Shown piece by piece: positions 12,048-24,797 of a DNA stretch of 48,167 bases. Both the position numbers and the translations under genes were made by a program. Origin of the DNA: Coniocarpon cinnabarinum (lineage: Eukaryota); NCBI GenBank assembly GCA_051942205.1, contig JAVECO010000069.1, forward strand, positions 62,001-110,167, in the 5' to 3' direction. The notes beneath the pieces are model-generated. The model searched no databases. It was not told the origin of the DNA and was given only the letters and a program-made list of their open reading frames with translations. Every line of letters starts with the position of its first letter. Position 1 is the first letter of the stretch.

Positions 12048-14324
12048 CTACGAGTCTCTGTCTTCTTGCTCCCCTTCGCTATTGCTGTCGTCCTCGTTCT
12101 CGTCGTCCTCACCGTCGACCTCGCCCTTGTTGCTTTCGTCATCGTCCGACCCTGAGGAAGATTCTGTTTTCGAGTCATTTTCTGACTCAGAGGCCGTTTT
12201 AACATTGTGGTCTACGTTATCGGCGTGCGACGAGGTTGCACCATCGTCGTCGCTTTCAATGTCGTTGCTCGCACTGCGGGTGCTTCTGCCACTTGCGCTT
12301 TTAACTGCACCTTCATCGTCACTGGGTTCAGATGAGTTTGTAGCACTGCTGCGACTGTCGCTCGCGTCGGTAGAAGAGGCACTCGCTGCACTTGACCGGT
12401 CGTCTTCAGACGTGGAGCCAGTGCTGTCTTCGATATCGTTTTCATCATTCTCGGTATCGCCTTCGCTGCTCTTGTCGCTGCTTGCCTCGTCCTCATCGCT
12501 ACCCTCGAACCCTTCACTCGCCTCTCGATCTGTCATTTCGACATCAACATCGTCGAGTTGCTCCCTCTCGAGCCTCAACTTCCGTCTCTTCATCGCTCGC
12601 CGCTCCAGTTTCGCACGTGCCTTTTCAAAATCAAACACGTGGCCAAATAATTCCCATGGTGCTTGATACACGGTGCTATCCCGCCAGTCTTTCAGATCAT
12701 GCTCCTGTTTCCGTTGGATCGGGGGTCGTTTCTCAGACTCTTCAGTTGTCATGCGATCGAGAGCGGTTGAAAGATGAGGTGGGATTGGCTGATCCAAGAC
12801 GTCTTGCCACAAGCGCGCTTCTTCCTCGGCGCTTTGCTGATTATCGAGATGATCGGCTACGGCTTCGTGTTGCATAGCTAGGTCATCTTGAGGTGTTGAT
12901 GCAGGGAGGTCGCGGGTGTCGATGTCAGCGTCGGAAAGGTCACTTAGCTCGTCCATCTGCCTCTGCTCATTGTCGGAGTGTTGCTCCAGTGGCGCAGGAG
13001 GCTTGCTTTTGCGCTGTTTTCGCTCCACCAGCTCCTCGGCTTTAGATAATCGGAGTCGTCGCTCCACCTCGTCGTATGACATTCGATTCTTCAATTTCCG
13101 GCGCTCATAGACTGGTGCCCATCGATCGTCTATGCGCACGTCGTAGACATCAAGACCGTGTCGCCGAGGTGCGGTGGCCCAGAACTCACGCGTATTATGC
13201 TTCAAGCCAAGGATGTCGACGGCAATTTGAACGTCTCGCTTTTTGATAGCCACGCTTCGTTCTCGTCGATGGCTGCTTGGCGTATCTGTAGCGCGGAGGC
13301 GTGACAGTGCCTGAAAGTGTGCGGCGTACGCAAGGCGTTTGGTGAGCGTGATGGCTACATTATAAAAATCTGTCAAAGTGGTGGTGAGGATGGATGGAGG
13401 TTCAGCTGGTGGAACTTCGAGCCAGTTTCGTGGACTGCCTGCGTCTGCGAGGTCTTTCTGAACTCGAGCTGACGGTTCATTCATGAATATGCGCTCAGAG
13501 ATCTCGAGCCAGATGGGCGTGTCCAAAAAGGAAACGGCAGGTGAGAGTTTCTCCCAATTTGGTTCCTTCATATCACTAACTGCATACGAATGCTTGGTTT
13601 CGTTTGCGGAATGGCTGAATTGACCTTCAGTGTCCTTCGGGCAGATGGCTCTATCTTCAATTTCCCACGCCACGTCCTGAGTCAACTTCCAAAATCTCCC
13701 CCACTTCGCTTTCTCAGTCTGAGTATCATTGCCATCCCGAAGGATACCCAACGCATCGCCCGCTTCTTCTAGCTGCTTGCAGCAATCTGCGCTTACCTCT
13801 GCAGCAGTGGGGATCTCGGCATATCTCAGAATTGTCTCACGTCTGTAGTGCTCATGCTGTTCGCGTAGACCTTGTGACAGCAGTTGCAGATACTGCTGCA
13901 CTTCCAACTCTGACTTAATGTGCGTCGCATTCGCAATTTTGCGGATGTCATGGCGTCCGTAGCGCTGCAGAGCGGTGTACAACCTGGACTTGTCTTGCGA
14001 GGTCCAGTAAGTAAGACCGACCTGCGCTCGTGGGAATTCAGTCTCATCGGTATGACGATCTAAAGCAAAGGGTTTCGCAGCTTCGACAATCTCCTCGTTC
14101 AGTATCAGACGGTACTCATTTCGATAGTTTGCTCTATGGCGCTTCAGATCTCGACGAGAGCCAGATCGCGTCCGAGACCGTTTAGTAGGTACGGTAGATT
14201 CCAAACTCGGCGTGGCTCGCCGGCCTCGAATGGAGCTGGTGGAGGAGTCTCGTTCTGATACGGAGCTGACACGATCTGCTGATGAGGATCGTGACCCCAT
14301 AGATACATTCTCTTCAGCATCCAT
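12048..14324 (-). CDS. RRN5: RNA polymerase I upstream activation factor subunit Rrn5 (SANT/Myb-like domain, acidic tail)
   Basis: WTSQDKSRLYTALQRYGRHDIRKIA...KSELEVQQYLQLL (SANT-like), IPTAAEVS and LTKRL segments as in fungal Rrn5, then a long Asp/Ser-rich C-terminus. Single 758-aa ORF. Confidence 0.75.
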   Translation of the reverse strand: MDAEENVSMGSRSSSADRVSSVSERDSSTSSIRGRRATPSLESTVPTKRSRTRSGSRRDLKRHRANYRNEYRLILNEEIVEAAKPFALDRHTDETEFPRAQVGLTYWTSQDKSRLYTALQRYGRHDIRKIANATHIKSELEVQQYLQLLSQGLREQHEHYRRETILRYAEIPTAAEVSADCCKQLEEAGDALGILRDGNDTQTEKAKWGRFWKLTQDVAWEIEDRAICPKDTEGQFSHSANETKHSYAVSDMKEPNWEKLSPAVSFLDTPIWLEISERIFMNEPSARVQKDLADAGSPRNWLEVPPAEPPSILTTTLTDFYNVAITLTKRLAYAAHFQALSRLRATDTPSSHRRERSVAIKKRDVQIAVDILGLKHNTREFWATAPRRHGLDVYDVRIDDRWAPVYERRKLKNRMSYDEVERRLRLSKAEELVERKQRKSKPPAPLEQHSDNEQRQMDELSDLSDADIDTRDLPASTPQDDLAMQHEAVADHLDNQQSAEEEARLWQDVLDQPIPPHLSTALDRMTTEESEKRPPIQRKQEHDLKDWRDSTVYQAPWELFGHVFDFEKARAKLERRAMKRRKLRLEREQLDDVDVEMTDREASEGFEGSDEDEASSDKSSEGDTENDENDIEDSTGSTSEDDRSSAASASSTDASDSRSSATNSSEPSDDEGAVKSASGRSTRSASNDIESDDDGATSSHADNVDHNVKTASESENDSKTESSSGSDDDESNKGEVDGEDDENEDDSNSEGEQEDRDS

Positions 14325-14945
14325 CGACTTCTTTTTTTGTCGAGCTGCGCGTTTGAGCTATATGAGCGCATCTTGAGCTCTACCTCGCCTTGTCAAGCTG
14401 ATCTAGCTGCTTTTTCAAGATCTGCTAGGATGGAGTGTATTTCTATGTGATCAGATCACGTGACGTCTGTATAGATGCACGATCCTTTTGAAGCCATCAG
14501 AATAAAAGTTGCACCGCCAGTTCTAAAAGACGATTGATCACCCCCTGAAATGAGAAGACAGCGACCCAAGAATATGGCATGAACAAGAACACGAAAAATT
14601 TTGTTGACGTTCACTTGCAGCTATGCGATGCATAATGATCACTTCTAAGCTCTGTCTCCGACCATAAACCCCTACCGGCTCACCTTGATCCGGCTTTTAC
14701 ATTTTGAAAGCATGGGTTGGAAAGTCAAGTCAAGCCTTCGTCACAATGTACCTGGGGCATTACTCACCTACAGAAGAATGTGGAAGACGATGATTCTCCA
14801 TGCTCTTCTCGTCCCTGGAGGTCAAGATCTTTCTAGGCTGCCGAAATAACATGAGTTCAGCAGTATTCTCTAAACAGTCTAGGGAAATGCTCACGGAGCA
14901 GATCATGCCGCTGGAGCTAACGTCTCTCAGCACATAGCTGATGAC

Positions 14946-16720
14946 CTAGTCTTCTCTCGTGCGTAGGATCTTGACCCTCACACCTTTGCTCCCCGACTTC
15001 GCAAAGCACGAAAGCCGATCACGTGCCGCTGCCACGTCCTCGATATCAGTTTCATACAACTCGAGATCAAGCCTCCTGTAGACGTATGCCATGGTCAGGT
15101 ACATCTCCGTCCAAGCCAGCCACATGCCAACGCACGAACGTGGACCCTTCGAAAACGCCACAAAGTACTTGTCAAGAGTCGTATCCAGCTTCAACGTTTC
15201 TGTGCCATCTGGAGACTTTTCGACCGTCAGCCAGCGGAACGGGTTGAACTCGTGCGGCTCGGGAAATATCTCAGGGCTGAACATTACGTCCATGAGCGTC
15301 ACGCTGACAGGTGTTCCTGCGGGAAACACGAAGTCTTTGTACGTGATTGGGTTGGACTGGGGACTGATGCGGGCGCCACGTGTTGCGGTGCTGCCTCCCA
15401 AGCGGACGCTCTCTTTAATTACAGCAGTCAGGAAGGGTAGCTGCTCTAACTGCTGTAGTGTCGGCTCCGATGATGCACTGGGCATGACTGTCTGCAGCTC
15501 CTGACGCAAACGACTCAGCAAATCTGCATGTTTGAGTAAGTGCACTACGGATAGATAAATAGCACGCGCTGTGGTTTCAGAGCCGGCACCGAGAAGTACC
15601 TGGCCCTCTTGGACGAGGCGCTCGACTTGCTTCTCTGACGGGGGGAGCTTGCTATGGAGAATCTGGTGGAATATGGTAGATCTCCGGCCTGTGCCCTCGC
15701 TTTCGACATCGTAAGAGGACGATTTGTCGTCAGTAGCTTTGTCCCCATCTAAATTTGTCGGACCAGCTTCTGTGGACGCAATAATGCGCTTAGCCTGAAT
15801 ACGGACCATTGCCTGAAGGTGGAGTATTGCAGCAACAGGAGGGTTCATCTTCGCTACAAGCCATTCTGGAAGCTTCTCCATGATTGCAAGAGCCCATGGT
15901 GCTTGTCGATTGAAGGCTCCCGCACCAAAAGTGTTTTCGAACATAGTCTTAACGGTCTTGTCAAACCCAGGCACGTCTGCACGTAATCGTTGTCAGCTAA
16001 CTTGAACATGGTCTCGTGAGAGCTCGCAGTACATGAGGACACCTACCCAAGTAGTTGTAGCTGATCCCATAACAAAGTCCGGCAATGATGTCCATAGTCA
16101 AACAGATCAGCGCAGCATCCATCTGTACCACCTCGTTGGACCCAGCGGCAGCTTTCAGCTTGTCACAGAGCTTCAAAACCTTTTCCTTGATGAGAGGTGC
16201 TCGGCTTGCGATCGATGTCTTGGAGAAGAATGGATTGATCGCACCTCGCCGCTGGCGATGCAGATCGCGGTCCCACGTCGTAAAAGCAGACAAAGGAACG
16301 CCAAAAGATTTCGAAAACCAAGGGTCTTTGTCGAGACGCTGTGAAAACAGGGAGTCAACGAAGTCGGGATCGGCGATGTGAACTTCGCGTGGGTTGATGC
16401 GGACCACTGGGCCTGATGGACATGTTAAGATTGATGATGCATTGAGAACAGCCCGTGGCTCCGGGGGAGTCCCGTAGCCGAGTATGAATGGACTCACCAT
16501 ATTTCTCATGCATCTCGTGGATCTTCCACGGGAACCGTCCATTTTTGACTATGTCATAGTAGCCTTCGAAGAACAGCGATGCAGCTGCTAGTCTCGGGCC
16601 TGGTATCTTCGAGAGCGGGCTCAAATAGATGCGATAGATGTACAGTCCGGCTGTGTATATGACGAGGGACAAAATGATTAGGGTGGGGTAGGTGAGCCAG
16701 ATTGCTTGACCTGAAACCAT
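14946..16720 (-). CDS. Cytochrome P450 monooxygenase (trichodiene oxygenase/CYP58-like group); introns 16413-16497 and 15977-16046
   Basis: N-terminal TM helix followed by SPLSKIPGP, KYGPVVRINPREVHI after splicing, I-helix AGSETT, ExxR (ESVR) and heme motif FSKGPRSCVG. Confidence 0.95.
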
Positions 16721-17776
16721 TTCAACAGCGGGAAGACTTGACCTTCAGATACTCGTTGGACTCGTAAGTTGAACATCAATAAGGGAGGGAGAGAGTTCTC
16801 TGCGAGCGCATATCCTGCTTGATCTGGGCCGGGTGGGTCGGCTGGGGCGTAGCTCTCGACGCCATTAGGCAACTTGCTGCTGGGTGTGGCGAAGAGCATC
16901 CTTGCTCCCGTCTGTAGCAACCAGTCGTTAAAGCGACCCATCGCAGCGCAGATGCAGACTTTGCCGTGACGTTTGCGGATGCTCCGGGATCTTACACACC
17001 ATGCAGCCAATCACCATCCTACCTCCAACGCTATACCGAACACACTGTTGGCGTGCAGGACCCGCTGCCGGATACAGGGTGTGAACATGCACTATTCAGA
17101 ATCCTCCAGGCTTGACAAGGCGTGACCTGACAGGGGATGCCTGCGGACCTCCAAGCTACCCAGGTAGAGCGTGTTACCTTAGGGACAGAAGGAAACGCGG
17201 CAGTCCGCTACCTTTAAAGGACACGTCAAGTCGATACCAAGTCGCGAGCACGTGACTCGGCTTTACATACCGTGCAGTCTCACAGCGCCACCTATGAGGT
17301 CTGCTTGCCATGAGAGCGCTCCTACTTACTGCGAGTATAGACCTCAGACCAATATGACTGCCAGGCGCGACGATGCTCTGCAATGATCAATGCCATGAGA
17401 CACTAGTCCAGCTCTCAAACATCTGCATCCGGTGCGGCTCCCTCGGCATTCCTTCTACAAGATGAGACTTGAGGAAAGGCTCGGGGCCTTGCTTCGTATT
17501 CTACCCCATCTCATGGAACGCCAGTCGATGAGGTGCCCTCGGGACGTGGCACGCTTCCAGATGCGACTTAAGCCTGATGAAGTCTGAACAGTCTTGTTGT
17601 TTTCGATACTGCTGAGCTTGACGCAACGTGTGCGTAGCTCAATTGATTACAGAGGTAGCTAGGTCCGAAAAACTGTTGCACCGCAAAATTCACCACACCC
17701 GTCCTTGGTCACAGGCATGCGGCATTGTCTTTAGTGAAGCTGTATAGAATAATGTCAAGTAAATGTGAAACATGGG

Positions 17777-19961
17777 TCACCCAGCCTCAAGAGAGGTCTG
17801 CCTCTTGATGTACCTCACCATGCTCTCGCAGAGGCGATCCAATACAAACTCAGGCTCACTCTTTCCAAAAGCCATCATCGGGCTATTCTCGCCGATCCAG
17901 TCCCACTCAATCAGCTCCTCTGCCTCCTCCTCGAGCACCTCTTCATCCTCTTCGCCAATATCTTCTGTGCTCCCTTCCGCCTTTAACGCTTTTTGCCTTT
18001 GCCGACGTTTGGATGAGAAGCGAATCAGCTCGGTGATGTGGACCCACTCCTCGTACGTGTACCTCTTAGGCTCTTCATCTTTGAGATGTTGTGCTGCTCG
18101 GCGAATCTCATGAGCAAGCCTTTGCGCAAGGTCATGGTCCGTCGTCTGGCCGTCTTCCTTTTCCAACTGCTCCATGGTGGGCGAAGGCTCAGCAGCGTCT
18201 GAACCGTCTTCTTTCTCAGGACCGCTCTCGAACCCAGTCTCCATTCTTTTCTTAGCAGCCTTGCGGTCTGCGCGCTGCTGGAGCTTTCTCAGAAGCCACG
18301 GGTTTCTCTCCAACAGACTGCGCCAGATGCCATACTTTGGTAGAATTGTAAAGTCAGCGAGCGTGCTTGTTCCGCGCTTGAAGCTGTCAATGAGTGTATC
18401 TCCCAGATCACCAACCAGGATCGTCATCGTAGGCACGGCGAGTAAACTCCAGACGACGAAGAAAGGCCGTCCGGCGTTCGATTTGGGTGACTCATCACCG
18501 TAGCCGATGGTTAGCAGACTAACATATGCGAAATAGAGAGTTTGAAAGTACGAGAGACCCTGTGTATGGCGCTCCGAGACATAGAAAACAGCTGCGCCAA
18601 CACACCACAGAGTTGCAAAAGCGCTTACAGATACCGTTAGTGCTGTATATCGTTTGAATTTATGCGTTGCTGACTCAATACGACGCATTGCATCGAAGCG
18701 CTCTTTCTCCTCCCTTAAAAGTATTGCACGTGATTTCCGTCCTTTCCGATGTTTGGGAGTGACGTTCTTCACAGCCTTACTAGCTTGGTTGATTGCTTTT
18801 TTAATTGGTTTCGGATTTGCATTGCGCGCTTGTCGCTCTTTCGACGAGCTATTCCCGTCGTCTTTGGAAGACTCTGCCAGATCGCTGTTAATGGGAGGGC
18901 GCTGCGACGTTCGCTCTCCGCGTTGGAGTTGTGCCTCGATTGCTTCGCCTTCATTCGACCTCTCCATTGTGCGTTTGCGAGCAGTGTCAAAACGTCGGCG
19001 TAGGACATTCTCGGTACTGATTTCTTGTGTGAATGTCCGCAAAGAGCTGATGACCAAACCCAGCATAATTGTGCCTCCAACAGTATATGGGAAGACAAGG
19101 CCCCGCCCGACGTCGTCTGTGGGATACAAGTCGCCAAATCCGACAGTGAGGACTGTTACGTCTGCAAAATATAATGCATCTGTGAATTGCCAACCTACTT
19201 GTCCATATACAGTCTCGACACGAGAGAAGACTCCAGCGCCACCTGCGAGCCAGATGAAGAACATCATCGTCTGCAGGATCAGTGTTCGTTGTGCTTCGGT
19301 GAGGTTGAAGTGCTGCCCATAATGGCCAAGGAAGTATCCCAGCATGTTGATCATTAATAGCATTGAGCAGACAAGGTACAGGACCGCAGCAATGACACCA
19401 TACTTGGCGTGGTATGTCAGCACAAGGATTGAAACAGCTATATCAACACGAGCAACTCGGACTCACCCAAAAGCCTTGCGTGTACGTTTCCTGAGGGCGG
19501 ACCGGCGGTACATGGGTGTTCATCACCGCTTCGATACCGATGAGAAGTCCTGTAGAGATATACCACAGCACGATAGTAACTGGCAAAGCAATGATGTACC
19601 GAATCCGATTGGTAAAGTTTGCCAGCAAGAACAGGTTCCCAACGAAGCCGCACGCCAGCGACACAGCGTTCAGATCATAGCACCACGGCGGGTCCGCAAA
19701 TGGCATTCCCTGGAGCTGTTGAACGAGCGTTGTCGGATCGCCATTCCAGTCAGCATCCTGACCACCTGGGACCAGACTCATTCGCCATGAGACGACCAAC
19801 GCCGCGATTGACAGAACATTTGCTAAGGGCCCTACCGTGGCGGCGATGAGAGGAATGGCCGTTGAGGCGAACCACCATGTTTCTTCCTTCTCGTCTTCGT
19901 CGCCGTTGGAGCGGAAACGACCACGATCACCGGTTGCAGCTGTGGATATTACTTTGTCCAT
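17777..19961 (-). CDS. TOK1: Two-pore outward-rectifier potassium channel (TOK family); intron 19403-19466
   Basis: Two pore loops, TVGFGD and TIGYGD, plus extra N-terminal TM helices (WWFASTAIPLIAATVGPLAN). Splicing gives QGFW|YGVIAAVLY. Confidence 0.92.
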
Positions 19962-20377
19962 ATGACTTCAGCATCGCAAAGGTCCGTACCAAGAAGTAAA
20001 GTCTACTGCTGGTCAATGTAATGGCGTCTGTCTTGTTGATCTGATTCATCGAGCGGGGTGATGAGACGAGGTGTATCAATGCCGCTCCTTTGGAATATAT
20101 ACTTAGAAACACTGCTACGGCATGGCCGGAAGCGCCATAACTAGAGACGAAACGACAAGTGGCAGCAGTCGATCAGTTGGTTAGAATCCTCGTTGAGGCC
20201 GACTATCGAGGATTCTGTGCGAGCCTACAATCTCTTGAATCAATTGCTGTATAGCGAAACGTATGCAGGGTAGGTCATACCTCGTAATGAATTGGAAGGC
20301 AGGCAGGGGCGGTTCATCCGGCGTTGATCCGACGTGCCGGTTCTAGGCCTGAGTTGGCCCCAAGATGGTATGGCGGG

Positions 20378-20409
20378 CGAGATCACGAGATCACGAGATC
20401 ACGAGATCA
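20378..20409. repeat. Perfect tandem repeat (CGAGATCA)x4 upstream of TOK1
   Basis: Four exact 8-nt units read directly. Confidence 0.9.
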
Positions 20410-20618
20410 TGACATCTGCGTCAGATCGCGCTCCCGAGTCATTGCACGCGCTGCATAGTGAAACTCGAAGACTTGATTTAACTGGAAACTGCTCCTGCTT
20501 TCCATTTCCACACTGGTTTCCAATCCCATACATGCATCTCAGGAGTAGGTTCTCTCTGTCACAAGGCCCCAACACGCTGTGCCTTGTCTCTGTAAAGAAC
20601 CGACCTTCCATGTGCAGA

Positions 20619-21539
20619 TCAATGACCCTGTTGCTCTTTCGCAGCCTGTTTGTCTTTAGCGACCTTGCTGACGGCAGGGCGCGCCATGAGAGATTCATGC
20701 CACTTGAAGAAGTGTTCAACTTCCGGTCGAAATTGTTCTGCCTCTTCTGAACCCATAATGAAGGGAAACATCATGTTCCAGGTCACCCAAGCCTGAACAC
20801 AGTCAATCCCTGCATCTCGCCAGAAACGTCGGCTCCTGAAAAGATAAGCAGACTCACCAGGTCAGCATATGTGCACTTGTTTCCAACCAGATAGCTCGTG
20901 CCTTGCTTTTTGAGATGGCTGTCCACAACTTTGACGACGCGCTTAACTTCGTTGCGGTAGCGCTCAATCGCTGACGGAATCTTCTCCGGATGGAAATTCA
21001 AGAACCAACTCGCCTGTCCGAAGTACGGGCCTTGGCCAGAACTGGCGTCGCGTTAGCAACCTTGAGCTCTCACATACACTGAAGAGGGGCCACGCTTTGC
21101 TTACACCTGAAAAAAGAGCCACTGGTCGGTATGATACTTTTCTGGGGTCTTATCGGCATAACTGATCTTGTGATCTTTGTCGTAGTTCTCGACCAGGTAC
21201 TGGATGATGGCGCCCGTCTCCCAAAGCGTGATGCCAGTGTTGGGGTCCTCAATGGTGGGCACACGGCCATTAGGATTGAGACTGACGTAAGGCTCCTTCT
21301 TGAGGTCTGCAAACTGCATGAACTGCGCCATCTGGTAAGTGTCTCATTGCAAATCGCTGAGCATACTATCACGACCCCTCACTTTCGTTTCGTAAGGCAA
21401 GCCAAGCTCTTCGAGAATCATTGCAGCCTTCCAAGGATTGGGTCCCTGTAATCGTGTTGAGCAATGCATGGATGATGAAATATAGCTGTGTTTGATTACT
21501 GACACTGGCGTGCGAATAAAGCACTATCGGTTTGGCCAT
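20619..21539 (-). CDS. Glutathione S-transferase (Ure2p/Gst2-like class), 5 exons
   Basis: The spliced product reads MAKPIVLYSHAS|GPNPWKAAMILEELGLPYETK|...LNPNGRVPTIED...LWETGAIIQYL...QWLFFQV|SGQGPYFGQ...YLVGNKCTYADL|AWVTWN...WHESLMARPAV. Four GT-AG introns. Confidence 0.93.
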
Positions 21540-22373
21540 TTTATGTCCGCAAGCAACGTTATAACGTTGTTGGGGTGCGATGGTATTAGGACTTGACGAA
21601 CGCCAAAAGCCAGGATCGTAGACGGTAAAGTGTAAGCCTTCTTGTCCTCTTTCAGCAGATCAGACTCGAGAACGATGTTCTGAAAGGTGGTTTGGGAGCG
21701 TCTCATGGCGCAATATATGGACGCAGGACCGCTCTGCGTTCCAAATCATCGTTAGCGTTTCTGGTGCGGAAGTTGTTCCAGACAACGATGAGTAACACAT
21801 TAATTTCCCTGTTATAGAGATAAGCAGGCCCTGCGGAATGGCGCATCTCTCTGCCAGATGATACCAGCTGATGACAAAAATGGCACTGCTGGCGGAATAG
21901 TTCCTGTGCTCGATATTCCTGTTCCTCGCATGACTAAGCCAAGCTGAGATAGCGCGTTGGATAACATGACGTTCACCGAGCCACGCGAACATAACAGGAA
22001 GTATTCGCGACCCTCTGCCAAGCACGCCCAACTCAGTTGACTCGCTTGCTAAGCGAAGGCTCAGGATTCGACGCGGAAGCGGTGTGAAGATTTGAAGCCT
22101 TTGGGTCGAGCTTGGAGAAGATTTCTGTCACCTCGAAGCCGGCCTCAATGAGTGGTCAACGCTCGCAGCAATCCTGACGGGCCCCTGGGGACAAGGCCAT
22201 TGCGATCCCGGCACGGAGCATTCTGTGACAGCTGCCAGACCCTAGATTACGGTAACCCATGCTAATCCTCGCATCAAGTCCCAAAGTTCCGGCACGGCCG
22301 GTTCTTCGTACGCTCGTCAGGCTACGATCTTCTTGCCGAGTTAAGCGCAACCTCTGTGGCCGGCCGTCTGCTT

Positions 22374-24797
22374 TCAAGAGGAAATACTGACTCTTTGAAA
22401 AACTGAACGGAGTGCATCCAGTCTCGTCGTCTCCATTGTTTGAAACTCGAAATATCCACTGCTCGCGCGGATGACATCCAGCATGCGGCGGACATCCTCC
22501 TTGGATCGGTCAAGAAGCCATGCTGCAGACGACATGCTTGCCGAGTATGTTGGGATTTCTGGTGGTTGCCTGCTGTCTTGCAGCTTGGCTAGCAAGTTGG
22601 CCATTGTCAACTGCAATATGCTTTCGTTAGACAATGGCATTTCGCGCTCCTTCAAAACCTAATAAGTCCCACTTACCGCAACCTCGAACGAACGATGCTG
22701 TAACGCCCAGAAACCGTTCGATTCCGACCCAAACATTTCATGCATCGCAAAAAAAGCGCTCAACGCTTCATGCGCCGCCTCGAGTGTTCCGAATATGTCC
22801 ATTTCCACGCCATAGGCCTCATTCGTGTCTGAGAGTATCAGCATCATGGGGTGGTAGAAGTTATTTGATAGATATATGAGTTGCTTAGCGATTCGAGGAT
22901 CGTCGTGCATAAACCTCTCGGAATGCTGTGAATTGAAAGGAGCTGGGAAGGTATGCCACAGTGTGCGGTAGGATTTGACAAGGTGAAGACGGTGTTGGGG
23001 CGACTTGCAGATGTGCTCACCGACTGAGCGCGGTACGCAAATGCTTTGTTGTGTAAAAACACCAATCTTCCACACGCACTGCAAGAACGCAAGGTCCACT
23101 TTGCGTGTCTTCGGGTCAAGAAGGGGAACTGGAAAGTCCGGTGGTATTGGTGCGGGTGTTGGCGCATGGTGCTCATCATCTGTGAACAAAAATGAGTCGG
23201 GCGTGATGTCAGTGATGATGGAAGTAGGCGGAAGCTTAAGGAAAAGAGCAACTCCAGTGTCTTGGAACATAATCATTGTCCAAAGCATGAGACGCATCAT
23301 TTTCTCGTAGGGACTCGATTCAGGGATCACAGTCCGAGGATCTCGATTGAGCTGCAGTACCTGCGATGACCGAGCCATGATGCCAGCGAACACCCATGCA
23401 TCATGAACATGGTTGTCATTGATGAGAAAGTGAAACGTCATACACATAGCCATAGCTGTTGTGAGGCTGATGTGAGACCAATATGAAGACAGTCGCAAAG
23501 CCTGATGTGCAGCTGAGACTGAGTTGTGATTTGAATTAGCTTGAGGGTCGCACGCCAGCATTACAGAACTCACTGTAGAACTCAGCCGTCCTTGCGCGTT
23601 CGGTAGGCTGCCCATGTTCAATAAAAAGAGTGGCGTTGGCATAGATTACAAATTGGAGTGCGATGCTAGCGGAGTCATACTGGCTTCGTTTCTCTTCTTG
23701 AAGTGACCAGAAGTGATGATACCCAGACATGATTTCGTAACGGTCAATGACCGGGTACATCGGATCGACAATCTCAAAGAATTTTGCCATCAGGATGTCC
23801 GCTTGCTGTTTCGAAGGCAACACTGCTACGACCTCTGCAAGACCTCCACTACTCGTCCAATAATTTCCAAAAGGATGCTCGCGTCCTATGCCAAAGATGC
23901 TGATAGGTGCCGAGTTGTCCATGGCCAGACTAGTAAGGTGGACAGCGGGTCGCGGATGGTAGCTTGGCTCTCGAGACGGGGTTTGCAAACCCGGTGACGT
24001 ATCAAACTAGAAAGATGTTAGCCAGAAGACGGCTCACAGGATATCGAAGTCGTCCATCTGAAGACCAACATTCTCGAGCTTGATAGACGGCTCTTGGAAA
24101 AGATGCTGTGCCGGAAGTAGTGATGAAGGTAACGATGTAGTTGGTGGCGGTGGTTGTGCGATGCTCTTGATGCTGTGCTTGCTAAGGATTTCTGTGGACG
24201 TCGCAGGCTTGCTCATCCGTCGGATCTTAGACGGCTTCTCACTGTTTCATAGTCAGCGATGCATCACTTCGAAACATAGCTATGTGGACTTCAAGCCAAA
24301 ATGCTCACCCAGAAAACTCGGGAGATGCCAACATATCTGCTACAGCTGTGTACAGACATTCCGTGGAGCGCTTGATGCAGGCCATGCACACAGGCCTGCT
24401 ACGGTCACACTTGAGATGACGCATCAGTGGGACTTGCATCCATCGAGCGCTTGGTCACGCTTACTTTTGTCTTCCTTTCAACGCACTCACGACAGCTCAG
24501 CGTTGGCTTATTCTTCATACAAACCGTACGTCAGCTGAGGTTCGCCAAATGGATCAACATCACTGAACGCTTTACCCTCTTCTGTTTTGCCTTTGGTACT
24601 GTTCCGGACAAAACCTGCTCACCAAACTCCAAATTTGCTGGTGATGTTGGTGAAATGGTCGTGGCGGTCGTGGCGGTCAATGGCCCAGTCTCCGATGCCA
24701 GTTCTGCTGTTGATGGGATATGGATGGTTTTCGGCGCCGACAGCTGCGTTGGCCGTGAAGGGCATTCTTCAGCAGACGACGGAAACTTAGATGACAT
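22374..24797 (-). CDS. Zn(II)2Cys6 transcription factor with a fungal-specific TF (middle homology) domain, about 7 exons
   Basis: The spliced Zn cluster reads CRECVERKTK|CDRSRPVCMACIKRSTEC (intron 24410-24464). The middle region includes LPSKQQADILMAKFFEIVDPMYPVI, LQLNRDP and EKMMRLMLW. Confidence 0.88.

Noticed and set aside
12082..12666. Ser-rich 194-aa antisense ORF, and similar antisense ORFs over TOK1, ETF-alpha and PMS1
   Set aside because: Shadow ORFs of the real genes on the opposite strand.
17420..17563. Cluster of short hairpins between the P450 and TOK1
   Set aside because: Stems are only 6-8 bp in GC-rich DNA, with no H/ACA, C/D, tRNA or riboswitch motifs. Compatible with chance.
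24008..24038. Apparent 31-nt intron (GTGAGC...CTAAC...TAG) in the Zn2Cys6 TF
   Set aside because: Too short and out of phase. The upstream GTTGGT donor gives a 63-nt intron that restores the frame.
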